Shown here piece after piece: positions 86,657 to 100,770 of a stretch of DNA of 124,000 nt. Position 1 is the stretch's first letter, and each line of letters opens with the position of its first letter. The notes under the pieces were generated by a model that was not told where the DNA came from, made no database searches, and saw nothing but the letters and a program-made list of their open reading frames with translations. Source of the stretch: Octopus vulgaris (taxonomy: Eukaryota); NCBI GenBank assembly GCA_951406725.2, contig OX597823.1, forward strand, positions 38,336,001 through 38,460,000. Direction: 5' to 3'. A program made the position numbers and the translations under genes.

Positions 86657-89600
86657 GTATATAAACTTGTTCCTTCAATCAAAGTATTTAAAATGTTCAA
86701 GACGTGAGATTTTGAAATATATAAGTTTGCAATATCCTATTGTAAAGTATCTTAACCACGGTTATAGCTAACCTCTAATACTTTGTCTTCTTGATTAGTT
86801 AGCTGCAACAAAATATTTTCTTTGAAATTTCTAAATTTAAGTCTTGTCAAGGTCTAGTTAAATGTATACTATAATTTATATGACAGTCATCTGTATCTTT
86901 GCTGCAGATGAACACATTCTCAAACTACACCTACTTTCTTAAAAAGAATATCTTAATGTAATTTATGCTGGTCTTTTCCTGAACAAAAAATGGGATGGCC
87001 ATGACTTGGTTTCTTTTCATCCTTGGCCTCTTTAACCAGGATTGGCTTGGAGCTAAGCAACAACAAACAAATCCTTCTGTTGTAGAAAATTTTTTTTATT
87101 TATTGAAGAACAAAAAAAATTTTTTTAATTCATCTGTTAGTGCTTAGCAAATTAATAAATCTAAAGAAATTCTGAATAATTCCTATATTTTAATTTTTGA
87201 TTTAATCAATTTTTTTTTTACATAGAGATTACATTTTAAAAATTGATATATAATTTCATATTGATGTTTCAGTTTTTCATACATTATTTTTGCATCTTAT
87301 ATCTATTAGTTTAAAAATCAAACGAATCTATGGATATATTCTATAGAAGATTATAACAACAAAATGAAACAAATACTGGTAACACATCAATAACTTAATG
87401 TCCAATCTTGGTGCCATAAGAATGTTAACTATGCTAATTGGTCTATCCAGTTTACTTTAACCTCTAATATTAGTGAACTTATAAACAATGTGTTAGTGAA
87501 TATATAAAGTTGGTACGCAACTGTTCACTCCAGAGAGAGTGGAAAGGTCCATTTCTCTCTTTTTGTGTCTGCACACACATACTGTATAGATGAATTGTTA
87601 TAACACAGTGTTGGCTAACAAAATATCTATAAATATGATCTATATTACACTATAGCAATGTAATAAAACATTGTTTATGCATCTGTAATTATCTTTTTTG
87701 CAAAAGACTATTATTGTCTGTCTGCCTGTCTCTCCTTCTCTCTTTCTCTCTCTCTTTCACACACAAACACATGCATACATATGAACACACTTAGCCTTTC
87801 TGTGAAGGACTTTGCATTTTAATTGTGGTCAGAAACTAATCTCTCAGCTTCAAATTTTCTTTAACTCTCTTTAAAGCTACTAATGTAATAAAAGAACATT
87901 ATATATGATTAAAATCCAAATTCATCACAGAATTTGATTGATATCACTATATTTTATATGCAACAAAATGTTACAAAAATGTCTCACTTCACCTAAATTA
88001 GAAAATTTGATACTTTGGTACATTGAGCTTAATTTGAGTTTAAGATGACTCAGAGTCATGCTAGCCTAGTTCTTGTTATGGATAGCTTATTGCAGGCTAA
88101 CATGTAATTAATACACACCTCTATTTGAGATTTTGCAGTGGCAATGATATAACTTTTTCACTTCATCTAGTCAAGTAATCCTAAAATATAATCTTTCATT
88201 CAAACACACCACCATACATGCAAAAACATTCACATACTCTCATGCACTTGGAATGCGGATAAATATTGAATGTACTTGTAATGAATACATTATTGTATTT
88301 TTTTGCAATGTTCTCAATAATTGTCAGTGTTTGAATTGTTCCATATTTATAGCTATGATAAAATATTTATGCACTTAACACTATCTTGTAATCCTTTACT
88401 AGATTAATATCTGTACACACCAATGCTCTTCATTAATATTAGCAAAGTTGCCAAGAAAACATTTAGTCATACATGATTTCATAGTTTTTATGAATTTATA
88501 TAATATGGTATATTGTATGATGAACAAAGCGTGATATCTATGGCTAATATAATATTGTTGAAACCAATGTTATTAGAATGAAGTGATATAAATAAAATTA
88601 TAATAACAATAGTTTTGACCTTTATAAGACCTTCAGATGTAGAGTATGACTTTATTCTTTTATTTTTTTTACTAGAATTGTATGTAGGAATTCAGTGCTG
88701 CATAAACAATCTAATGTGGGTATATATGTCTTAAAGCTAGTAATAATGTATTGTGTAAACTGAAAACTAGATTGTTTCATATACATGAACCAAAATCTGT
88801 TGACAAAACAGTTGGGAAGACCCTAAGCTTTACCAATGATGAAAATATAATTAAAAGTTGTGATTTGTTTATTTTATTATATTCTTTTTGAAAGATTAGA
88901 AACCTTTATCTCTGTTTTGCATTGCTTTAAATACACAATGTATTCTGAATAAAGCTTGCATTATGAAAAACAAAATGATATAACTTACTTAGTTTTTACA
89001 TCATTACAGGTAAGATAGGTTGTTTATTCAGTAGACCATCAGACATTGCTCTCCCAGTGCTAGTAAACCCATTCTCCTTTTCTCTATATAATTTTCAGCA
89101 TTGGGTGCCTGCCTGGTTAGCATTAGAAAGGGCATCTGACTATAAAACAATGTCACACCATATTTGTTCAAGCATGGAGAAATGGAGATAAAATAAAGGC
89201 ATGAATCTCTGAACTATCCACTTCATCCCTCCATCTTCTTCATTGTCATTCTTTGTTTCTTTTGTGTTGCATCGGAATGAAGTGTGTCATCTTTATCATG
89301 AACCTGTTGTAATGCATCCTCTGGATGCATCCAGTTTTATGAACTTAATCCTGATATGTAGTTTTGTTTTGTTTTTGGATCTATTTCATTGTTTTATGAT
89401 TCTTCTGCACTATTCCACACTTAATTTATTTGTGACTATATTGAGTTGTTTATAGCCTGTTTGTTTGGTTCCAACTAAAAACGATACAAACAGAGAAAGA
89501 AAAATAAATAATACAGCAAAATACTTCAGATTGGCAAGCCTTCAGGGGAGTAATTACTATTTTTAGAAGCATAATGCGACCAAGAGTTGTTTAGATGAAG

Positions 89601-92600
89601 TGAATATTGTATATTGTCCATAAACACTGAAGGAAATTTAAGAGTATGCCTGTTGTTTAAAAAATGTGTGTTATTATTTAGCCTTGTGTTTTCATTGGTT
89701 GAGCGGACCTTATGGTCAAAGGTTTTCTAGTAGCGACCATCTAGTCTTTTCAGGCATAGTCTTTAGTTATCCACTATATTCTCCCTTTTCTTAATGACAG
89801 TAGATTATGGCTTAAGATATTTCTAGTAAGTCAAACAGAGGCTTTCTCATTGGCTGTTAGACTGTCTTTAATTTTACAAGTTAGTGAGATAAGAGTAATA
89901 TAAGTAAAGTATCTGATGTAGCATGAATGAATACAGTATAAAACTTTAAAATTTAAAGCGCTTAAAAATTTTTTAAATTGGTGTTGTAAGTGAATTTATC
90001 AAAAGTTTTTCTTTTTGGATATTGAATAATGAAATTTATAGACAACAATTGTACTAGCTATGTATTCTGAACTATTCTATAGTGATTTTTATTTATTTAG
90101 CCTACTGAGATTTGGACATGTAAATCTGAGCACATAAACATGTATAAGAACCAACATAAATAAAATTAAACTTGAATAAATGTTTTATTTTCACTTTACA
90201 TCTAATACAGAAGGTAATTGAAAAGATGCAGTCAGGTTTTGATGTGATAAGAATCTTCCCCTTTCAGCTATTATCAGTTTCTTTTGGAAATAAACAAATA
90301 TTATTATTGCAGACCTTATACTATTAAAGGTCATTGTTTCAAGTTGCGGCTATTTTACTATTACCAAAACTATCCATATGGCCATTTAGATAAAAGAAAC
90401 AAATCTGCTTTTTATCATGAGTGCTTATAAGCTCTTTCATTCTTGTTGCAGCAGTAAAGCATCACAGCCAAACTTCTGTCATATGTCAATCATTGAATGG
90501 AAGCATGCCTTTATTAAGAGATAATACTATTTTTGTGTTTACAAGTATTTATCCAAATACCATTGTAATCATATACAATTGGAGTAGATTGTATGATGAT
90601 ATTTTTGCATAATTAATTAGCATTAACAGTCTCTTAAAACTTAAATCTTTGTCCCAAACACAATTAGAAATATATTTAATGGAAGACGGCAATGGATTAA
90701 CCATTAGTTTTAATAATGAGTGTTTAAGTGTTAGATTAACCGAACTCCTGCTGAGATAATTACATGTAAGTAGCTGAATATTCCACAGCCATATGGAATG
90801 TGTTCCTTTAATGTAAATGTCAGGGTCAGTCAGTATGACAAAACATGGTGAAGCTGGACCTTTGAATTAGAGAAACAATACATCTGAAAGAAAGAGAGAG
90901 GGAATTTAATCCCAGCAGTGGACTAGTAGTTTATTGACCTTAAAAAGATGAAAGACAGTATTGAATTTGGCAAGATTTTAACTCAGAGTACAGAGAGCCG
91001 GAAAGAATGCTACAAGGTATTCTATTTGATTGTTATCATTCTGCTAATATGACACTTTTTCAATGAAAGTTATTTGTTTGATAAGAATACTTTTTAATTA
91101 ATCAGTATTATATTTTTATTGACATCCCCCCAAAAAACAACATGAACTATCTCAATGGATCATTTCAGGTAAAAGCTCTTGGCAAACACATAGATAAAAG
91201 TAATATTTAATCAAACACTTTTTCACGCCTGGTTGCGTCAGGTCCAATTCATTGAGGCAGATTTCCTACAGTCAGACACACTTCCTGTCACCAACCCTCA
91301 CCTGTTTCCAAGAAAGGTAATATTTCCTCATGGTCAGACATGTTTTTCATGAAAGATTAGAAATGTACAACCTCACTAGCATGATGATGATAATCATTCA
91401 GAACCATTGCATGATGTCAAGATAAGGGTACACATAAAAACACACACATACATATGATGGGCTTCTTTCAGTTTCCATCTACCAGATCTATTCATAAAGC
91501 TTTGGTCAGCTTATGGCTATAATAGAAGACATTTGCCTAAGGTGCCTCACTATGGGATTAAGCCCAAAGCCACATGGTTGGGAATCAAGCTTCTTTATTC
91601 CCAACACACAGATATACATTATCATGTCCAGTAAGTTCACCATCATCAATTCACTGCAGGGAAAGTTCACTGGTTTTTTTCAATAAAATAGTTTTTAACT
91701 ATTAATGGTGAGATACAATGGATATATTTTCTTGGTAAACTTTCCTCATGGTGAATTCTCTTCATGGTGAATTGACAGTGGTGAACTTTTCCTGTGGTGA
91801 ATTTATGGTGATGAACTTTCTTTGCAGTGAACTTACCTGTAACCATACATTATACACACATTCACTCATAAATTTATTTTATAGAAAACAATGTGTAAAG
91901 AATTAACCTGACATGACAATTAAAAACTGGAGAGTAAACCATAACTCATTTTTGAAATATTAAATTATGATTGTTGTTATTGTTGTTACTGAACTGTACA
92001 TTATTTCCGACTGAGTTTCTCTAACCATGGCCATCCTATCCAGTTTTTTCAGACAACCTATCTCAGATTACATTATCCAATATGTCTTTCCTCCCACCTT
92101 TTTATATATATTTTTAAATGATGTAGTAGGCTTTGAGGGAAATTTGGTTGCTATTTCTAGCTGGTCACCCAACCTCAAAGAGGCTCCCTCAATAGCTCAT
92201 TAATGTATGATTATTTGATGTGGTTAAATTTTACATCAGTTGCCACAGTCATTTTAGACACTGATCAACTCATTGACCTGGAAGTCTATGGTGCTTTTAG
92301 TACTCAGGATCAATTATTTATGGTTTATTATTAAAATGCATTTGTAAAGTAAGCCTGTCCATTAAAAGAGTTTACTAGACAGAATGATCTAAAAGAAATT
92401 TTGAATATGTTTCTATTAACTCTGCATTGATAATTATAGCTTTAGGTACATGCCTGATAGCATCATGCTTCACTGTAGCTTATTATTATTTTACAAACTG
92501 TGTTTCTCCATTTGATTATTTATCAAATTAAAGCATCTTGGTACAATAATAAGATAATGTAAATTATGAAATACTTTGTCTCCTTATAGAAAAAAATGAA

Positions 92601-92786
92601 GTGGGAACGTTCCAGTGGATATGTGTATGAATAACATTGTATAATTAAGCTAAGAGGAAAACTAGGTGTCAAAAGGAATCAAATGTAGTTTGTCTAAGAA
92701 AAGACTGCACTGGTATGGACATGTGATGTGTCTGAAGTTTGACATAAGGAAGTTTTAAAGCACACAAAGTGAATTAAATCTGTGGA

Positions 92787-92985
92787 ATAGTGAAAACTGT
92801 TCCCAAAGTAGTGAAAACCCAAAGTAGTGAAAACCGTTCCCAAAGTAGTGAAAACTGTTCCCAAAGTAGTGAAAACTGTTCCCAAAGAAGTGAAAACTGT
92901 TCCCATAGTAGTGAAAACCATTCCCAAAGTAGTGAAAACCGTTCCCAAAGTAGTGAAAACTGCTCCCAAATTAGTAAAAATTGTT
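92787..92985. repeat. 21 bp minisatellite, about 9 copies
   Basis: gtagtgaaaactgttcccaaa units, one shortened. Confidence 0.95.
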
Positions 92986-93713
92986 CTTTCATCCCCAAGT
93001 TGCTTCTTTGTCTATCCATTATACCCTCACTCTCTTTCTACTTTAAAAACCACTGACCATTTCTATGACTGTCCATTATTTTTTCCAACTCTCTCTCCCC
93101 ACCAATATTCTCTATCTCTCTTATTACACCTGCCATCACTATCTCTTTAATATTACTGTTCCTCTTCCCTCCTTCTAGCACTGTCTTTTTCATTTCTCTC
93201 TCTAGTCACTCTGTCTCCTTGCCATACTCTTACTTCTTTTCCCCTTCCCACTCTGGTTTATCTTTCACAGTCACTCTCTGTCCTGCTACCCACTCTGTTG
93301 ATCATGTTGTCCTGAATGGAGACCTCATGCAATTGCTGTGATCCCTTTTGCCTTGCAGGGTAAAAGGCAACCTAAAAAGTGCTAGTGCTGTAATGAAATG
93401 TTTCCATTACACTCTGTAAAATAATTAGTGAATGAGATAAGACAAAATAGTGTTGAAAAGTCCCTTTCATCTTGTCTTTCTGTGGAAAATTGACTCCAGG
93501 ACTTATTTTCTAAGTACTTATTTCATCAGTTCCTGTTGCTGAACTACTAAGGACATAAAGACACCAACATCAGTTGTCAAGCAGTGGTGGAGGACAAACA
93601 CAGACACAAAGACACACACTCTGGTTGTGTGTGTGTGTATCAACATCATTATTACTCATTAAGATGGGTTTGAACCATGTCTGTCTCATGTTCTATATGT
93701 GTGCATGCACATA

Positions 93714-95027
93714 CAAGGAGGTACCCAAAAGAAACCGAAATTTTGCAATATTATTTTACCCACTTAGTTTTACATGTTTACACTTTTACTGCCTTCAAAG
93801 TATTCTCAATTAGAAGCAATGCATCAGTCCAGATATATTTTCCACTGTTTAAAGTAGTCTTGGAACTCTTGCAAAGTGATGCCTTTTGATGCCTCTGTTG
93901 TTTTTTTCTTCACCTCTTCCACATCTGCAAAACGTTTTCCTTTAAGGACTTTTTTCATTCAGGGGAACAAAAAAATGTCACCGGGAGCAAGATTGGGTGA
94001 ATAGGGAGGGTGGTTAGGCAGGGCCATGTCATATTTGGTCAAAACCTGTCTCACACTTAATGCAGTGTGTGCAGGCACATTGTCATGGTGAAACCACCCT
94101 CTCCACTTTGTCACAAGTCAGAGTGTTTTCATCTCATCACTTCTCACAAATGCTTCAGAATTGTCAAGTAAAATGTCTGGTTAACAGTTTGACCAGGAAG
94201 AAAAAATTCTGTGTGGACAATTCACTTCACATCGATGAAACAAATCAGCATCATCTTGATATTGGACATCACTTGATGTGCTTTTGGGGGGCATGCTGAT
94301 ATTGAATGCTTCCATTGACTTGATTGCTACTTCGCTTCCAGGTCATAGCTATAGCATCAGCTTTTGTCACCAGTGATGATCTTCGAAAAATGGTCTGTAT
94401 CAACTTCCAACTGTTCTTTCAGTTCACAACATGCCTTCAGCTGTAACTGCTTCTGATCTTCTGTGAGCAAGTGAGGCACAAATTTTGCTGCAACTCTTTT
94501 CATTCACAATTCCTCGCCCTAAATTCATTGGCAGGGGCTGCAGGACATGCCAGTCATATCAATAAGTTCGTCAATTGTTTTTGGCAACTCCAAGATCAGT
94601 TCATGAATTTTTATGTTTTCATCCATTTGAGAGGTTGATGGTCTTCCTGAATGAGGTGAGTCTTCAAGTGACAAGTGATCATTCCTAAAGCCTGAAAACC
94701 ACTCATGAACTTGTGTTTTGCTCAAGCAGTGAATTTGTAAGATGTTTGAGGCATGATGACTATTTCTGCTGCTGTTTTCCCTGGCAGAAAGCAGTATTTC
94801 ATGGAAGAATGCTGTTCCTTTGTTTCAGCCATTGCAAAAATCATTGAACAAGGGAGAAGCACTGCAATACAGAGATGCACCATGTGGCAGTACTACTTCA
94901 CTTGCCAATACTGGTTAGCAGACTGATGCCTGAGGGTCACATCACGTGGCTTCTAGCTTCAGAAGCCTGAACTACAACAGACTTGTCCCATAGAGAATAT
95001 TTCTGGTTACTTTTGGGTACCCCTTCG
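93714..95027 (-). mobile_element. Full-length degenerate mariner
   Basis: TIRs caaggaggtacccaaaa / ttttgggtaccccttcg; minus ORF 94525-94725 MSKTQVHEWFSGFRN...LEDSPHSGRP. Confidence 0.85.
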
Positions 95028-95328
95028 TGTGTGTGTGTGTGTGTGTGTGTGTGCATGAAGTTTGAGTATAAAAGGTATTCACTAACCAGCTCATTAACTG
95101 TAGTGTCAAATCCATTCTAGGTACATTTTGGCATCTCTGAACAGGCACTGCTTCAGTATAAAAGTCTAAATGTTTTATTGTAGCTAGGGGAAATATAATT
95201 TCAATGATCTTGAGAGAGTTAATGTCTTAGACAAACATTTTACATAGGAGTTTTGTCTCTCATTGGCTTAAAGTTTAGGAAAGTTGTTCTATAGGTTTAC
95301 AAAAAAAAGACTTTATTTAGATACATAT

Positions 95329-95712
95329 GTGGAAGCACTCCGTTAGTTACGGCGATGAGGGTTCCGGTTGATCCGATCAATGGAACAGCCTGCTCGTGAA
95401 ATTAACGTGTAAGTGGCTGAGCACTCCACAGACACGTGTACCCTTAACGTAGTTCTCGGGGATATTCAGCGTGACACAGAGAGTGACAAGGCCGGCCCTT
95501 TGAAATACAGATATAACAGAAACAGGAAGTAAGAGTGAGAGAAAGTTGTGGTGAAAGAGTACAGCAGGGATTACCACCATCCCTGCCGGAGCCTCATGCA
95601 GCTTTAGGTGTTTTCGATCAATAAACACTCACAACACCCGGTCTGGGAATCGAAACCGCAATCCTACGACCGCGAGTCCGCCGCCCTAATCACTGGGCCA
95701 TTGCGCCTCCAC
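95329..95712 (-). mobile_element. Young tRNA-derived SINE with 12 bp target site duplication
   Basis: A-box tggcccagtgattagg, B-box ggtttcgattccc, CpG-rich; ttagatacatat at 95317-95328 and 95713-95724; older relative at about 63525-63830. Confidence 0.9.
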
Positions 95713-96616
95713 TTAGATACATATATTATATTTGGATACATATATCACCATCATCATCCTTCTTCACATCAACATTTTAACATTTGTGTTTCTATGTTGA
95801 CATTAGATATTCATTGGATGATATTTAACTCACTTTCTTCGACCTTTGGAGATTTTCTAACTCAGTGCTTGTGTTTTTCTACTCTGTAGCAGTATACTCT
95901 TCATACGAACTTCTATAATCTACCTTTTGCACAAGCGAAACCCTTGTTGCTACACTAAAGAGATCCTTTATTTCATAATCTCATTACTCAAGAAATGCTA
96001 GCCTTAAGAACTATAAGAATCAATGCTGATTCTTGCCTGTAACTCCTGTTCTTCACTGAACTCACATCTTGTCCCAAATTTGTTTACTTACACTCTCAAC
96101 AACTATTCACATACATCTATTTCCTGCAGTGTCAGTGGGAGGTCTTGTCAAAATTTCTGCAATGGCAAATATAGACTAGTTTGTTCTGCACTAAAAACTT
96201 CTATTACATCTTATCTGAACAAACTCTGTTTTGTATTAACATTATCAAAGACAGTTCCTATATAATATTGTATACCGGTTTTTATATTACATAATAAATG
96301 AGAACACTTCTTGGGAGGCTTAGTGTTCAATCTAGCAAATGTATTTAGACTTTCAGCAAGAATTATGAATTAAAAACCTTGGAGCAGTGTTAAGAAGTAC
96401 TGAAGATTATATGTTAGTATGGTCATGCAGAATATTATATTGTGTGTGTATGCATGTGTCTGTGTGATTAGGAATCAGTTAATGATTTACTTTGTAACAA
96501 ATATATATGTGCTTGTACACATAGAGAACATGAGACAGACATGGTTCAAACCCATCCTGGAAGGCAGTAACTTTTAATTAGTAATAATGATGTTGACACT
96601 CACGCACACACATACG

Positions 96617-96651
<35 letters not shown>

Positions 96652-98598
96652 AGACAGACAGAGTGTGTGTGGTCAGTGTGCAGTGGCTAGGCCAGTTTTA
96701 ATTGCTGGAAGCAAGTCAGGTGATTGAACATGTAGCAGGCCAGGAATATTGTTGTTACTAGCTAAAGTACTTTGGTGTAAAGCTAAACCCTCAGTCCAAA
96801 TGTAAAGCCATCAAGAGCCAGCTGCTCTGCACCACTTATTCCATAACACTTGTCAAATTGATAGACCATGTCAGGTGTATGGAAGCTTTGCAGGAGTGAT
96901 TTTCTCCTATGATAACAATTAGATAATATCTCTGATTTCCAGCTAAGTGTTAATTAATATTGCTGTTTCAAGATCTGCAGTTTTTCAGTAAGGTTTAGTC
97001 TATAGTTTTGGGATCTGTAGCTTCGCCAATGATGTTCTATGACATGGAGATATGCTTTTTAATCTGTGGCCCCTGAGTTTCCAAACAAATTTAGACAAGA
97101 AAATAGTGTTTATCTTGTTGCTAACTTGAATGGGTTTAGAGGTTGGTAATATTGGCTTTTGACTGCATTCACAATGGGTCCTGTATGATTTCTTTCAGTG
97201 CCATTCTGGAGTGTTATAGATACTCTCTCTCTCTTTCTGTTTCTCTATCATTCACACACACACTCAAAGCATTGGCATTTGGTATCCTAAAACCAAAGTG
97301 CCATGTAAAAAGCATTGGTATTTGTGCCATGTAAAAAAGGGCTGATGATAGTGCCATGTAAAAGAACAGGTGATGGTACCATGTAAAAAGCATCCAGTAC
97401 ACTCAATAAAGTGGTTGGTACTAGGAAGGGCATCTAACTGTAGAAACCAAGCCAAAACAGGCTATAGAACCTGGTGTGACCCCTGGCTTTGCCAGCACCT
97501 GTCAAGCTATCCAACCCATGTCAGCATGGAAAACAGATGTTAAATGATAATGATAATGATACATCACCACTTTAGTGAAGTTAGATCCTCTAACTGGTCA
97601 GCTTGATGTCTGCAACTACAAGCTAGCTGTTGAGGCTCGAATCTGCCTAGGTGTGTGTTACAGGTTGTATTGTGTATAGCTGGGGTATATTGTCTTATAT
97701 GTGATAGTAAGTTTTATACATGAAAAAGTATCTTAAAGTAGAAGCTATTTTTAAAATATTCATCAGCTGAACACTTTAAAAATGAACAAGAGTAAATATA
97801 TACTATATTGAAATAGTTTTAAGAATATCCAGTTTTAATTTACTATACAAAGTATGCAAAATGCTACATTGGTGCTATTGAAAATATATTTTTTTACAGT
97901 TTACCATTCCAGTATTATATTATATTAGAGCTATTTACAGTTTGTGTTATTTTATTTCATTTACTAAATTTATTTAGGATAAAATAAAAAGAATCTCAAT
98001 AAATTATATTATGCTAACTTAAAATTATATTGCAATAATTTCCTTTGTAACAAATAAAGGTATGTTAATGGTATTATTTAATTTATGGCTTAAAATAACA
98101 AAGGATAAAGAAAGTTTTAAATAGTGTATGAAGTATATTGTTGCTCTCACCAATCATCAATAATGTAGTTCTTGATTGTTTGGCCTACAAAAGACAGTAG
98201 CGCTATGCTGATTGGTGAGCTGTGCAGTCACCAAAAGCATTGCTTACTGGCTATGCCATCTTTAGCTTAGGGATTTATAGCCAGATAAAATAATGTTGAT
98301 TGCTGAACTGTCAGTCAAGTAGGTTGAAAGCTTTATTTAGGAACTAATTCTGCTTGTATTCCAAACATTTTTATTTGTAGCCATATGTGGCACTGTAAGC
98401 TGTGATGCAGGACATGGCAGTGCAACTTGTATTCATCAGATCACTGCCAATTAACTACATCATTGGTTGCTTTCAACATCTATATTTTCTAATTATGCTG
98501 AATGGAAACAAACTGAAATGTGTACCTGGATTAATATTTTCCCATACATACCTGTATGTATTTTTTCTTCCTTATATCTGTCAGATATTGTTTGGTAA

Positions 98599-98652
98599 AT
98601 GGCCATAGTTTGCCTCAATTCTTTAGGAATTAGATGCAACATAGCTCGACAG
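98599..98652 (+). CDS. Candidate alternative first coding exon MAIVCLNSLGIRCNIARQ (exon from 98585)
   Basis: Acceptor ttttttcttccttatatctgtcag, donor cag|gtaggt in phase 0; CCAAT at 98150 and ATTGG at 98211 upstream. Confidence 0.4.
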
Positions 98653-99292
98653 GTAGGTTATTTTCATTACAAATTAAAAACATTACAAATGAAAAATATC
98701 TCTCATTATACTAAACTTCTTTCTAATTATATTTTCTCAATCATTAATAAGATCTGCTCTTTTCATTTGTCAATTAAAAATAAAATTCGAAATACTTATG
98801 TAAAATTTGTTATTTTTGTGACAATATTTCAATATTCACTCATCATATGAAAGCCATCTGTTTTTGTATTTTTTAATCAGCCAGACAGGTTAGAATATAC
98901 ATACATGCATAAATATGTATATATATATATATATGATTGTCCAAGGGCATTTTTACAGCTATATCTGATAACGGTTATTTTCAATACTTTTCTCGCTGGA
99001 TTATGTGTTTGTTTCTCTTTTGGTCATCAGCAATTTTATTTTTGATCTTTTATATAAATGAAGATATTTCCTCCGTCTGGCTGTTTTTCTCTCTACAAAA
99101 CGGAAAGTTACATTATAGAACAGTTATTTTTACGAGTTGTATTTATTTATTTTTTCATCACCCGATGAGATACATCTGAACCAGTTATTGAGTGTCCCAC
99201 ACAAAAGGAATTGATGCTAGATGTGTTGAAACAATTGTCGTGATTAATAATAAATTCTCATATATTCCATCTTCTGTCTTTCATTTGTTATG

Positions 99293-99323
<31 letters not shown>

Positions 99324-99554
99324 GTATTTATATGTATGTATTTATATTTATATTTATATGTATGTATTTATATTTATATGTATGTATTTATGTGTATATG
99401 TAGGTATATATATGTATTTATATGTATATGCATGTATATTTATATGTATATGCATGTATATATGTATATATATGTATATATATATATATATGTATGTATG
99501 TATGTATGTATATATGTATATGTATGTATGTATATATGTATATATGTATATGTA

Positions 99555-99690
99555 AAGGTCTTAGTTGCCAATTTTGTACAAGACATTGTAGATCTTTAGC
99601 TGGGCTAAAAAGTCACATTCGATCACAGCACCAGTGACAGTTAAGCTTCGTGCAATGGCCATACTCGATAACGAGGGGGCAGCCATAAAA
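99555..99690 (+). mobile_element. RTE-clade LINE extreme 3' fragment inside a TATG/TA microsatellite complex
   Basis: [23 protein letters not shown]-terminal zinc finger-like motif. Confidence 0.6.
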
Positions 99691-99720
99691 AAAAAATATA
99701 TATATGTATGTATATATATA

Positions 99721-99755
<35 letters not shown>

Positions 99756-100079
99756 GACTGGCCAGACTGGAGCAATCTCAAGAATAATATATATGTATAT
99801 ATATGTATGTATATATATATATATATGCATATATATGTATGTATATATATATGCATATATGTATATATATATATGTATATATATGTATGTATGTATACAT
99901 ATCTATATATATATATATGTTTATATATATATATGTGTATATGTATGTATATATATGTATGTATGTATATATATATATATATTTGTATATGTATGTATAT
100001 ATATATATATTTGTATATGTATGTATATATATATTTGTATGTATATATATGTATATGTATATGTATATATATGTACATA

Positions 100080-100139
<60 letters not shown>

Positions 100140-100141
<2 letters not shown>

Positions 100142-100560
100142 TATTGTTCTGGCTGTTGCCCATGCAACATCGATATTCTTCCCTGAGTTTGTGAAATTTT
100201 TGTAAGGCTTCACTTCCATGCGCGCCAGCTTAATTCAATTCATACTTGGTTGAAAGACACCTGTTGTTATGTCCTGTTAGTATTTTTATTGTATTTATAT
100301 TTGTGTGATATTGTCTGTTTTTTTCTGTCCTTGTTTTTGTATATATTCGCTGCTTTCTTCCAAGGAATCTAATGCTCTTGGCTTAGTTTTTCCTTGGGGC
100401 TGGCAAGACTGGAGCAATCTCAAGAATAATCAGCTGAAATTGCGAGGATAATCTGGTGCTTGACTGAGGAGTGACCCGTCCTTGTTTTCTTTGTATCGTC
100501 TATCTGGATGTTTTGTTGTCATTTTTTGTATCACCTAGCTGTCCGGATGTTTTGCGTTAT
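100140..100560 (+). mobile_element. Penelope-like terminal repeat fragment, same family as 71784-72337
   Basis: Shared ccaaggaatctaatgctctt...ggagcaatctc...cagctgaaattgc; flanked by TA-rich microsatellites. Confidence 0.6.
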
Positions 100561-100736
100561 ATACATATATATTTATACGTATATATATTTATATATATAT
100601 ATTTACATATATATGTATATATATGTATATATATGTATATGTATATATATGTATGTGTATATGTAATATGTGCATGTATGTCTATATGTATATATGTGTA
100701 TATATGTATATATATGAATGCATATATATATGTATG

Positions 100737-100770
<34 letters not shown>

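Noticed and set aside
92787-92985. Repeat-protein ORFs (VVKTVPK)n and (SSENCSQ)n
   Set aside because: A 21 bp minisatellite open in several frames, with no splice support
93640-96596. Apparent 3 kb element with ~60-80 bp terminal inverted repeats
   Set aside because: The arms contain a B-box-like ggttcaaaccc and differ by an 18 bp indel, so they are more likely two oppositely oriented copies of a short tRNA-derived repeat
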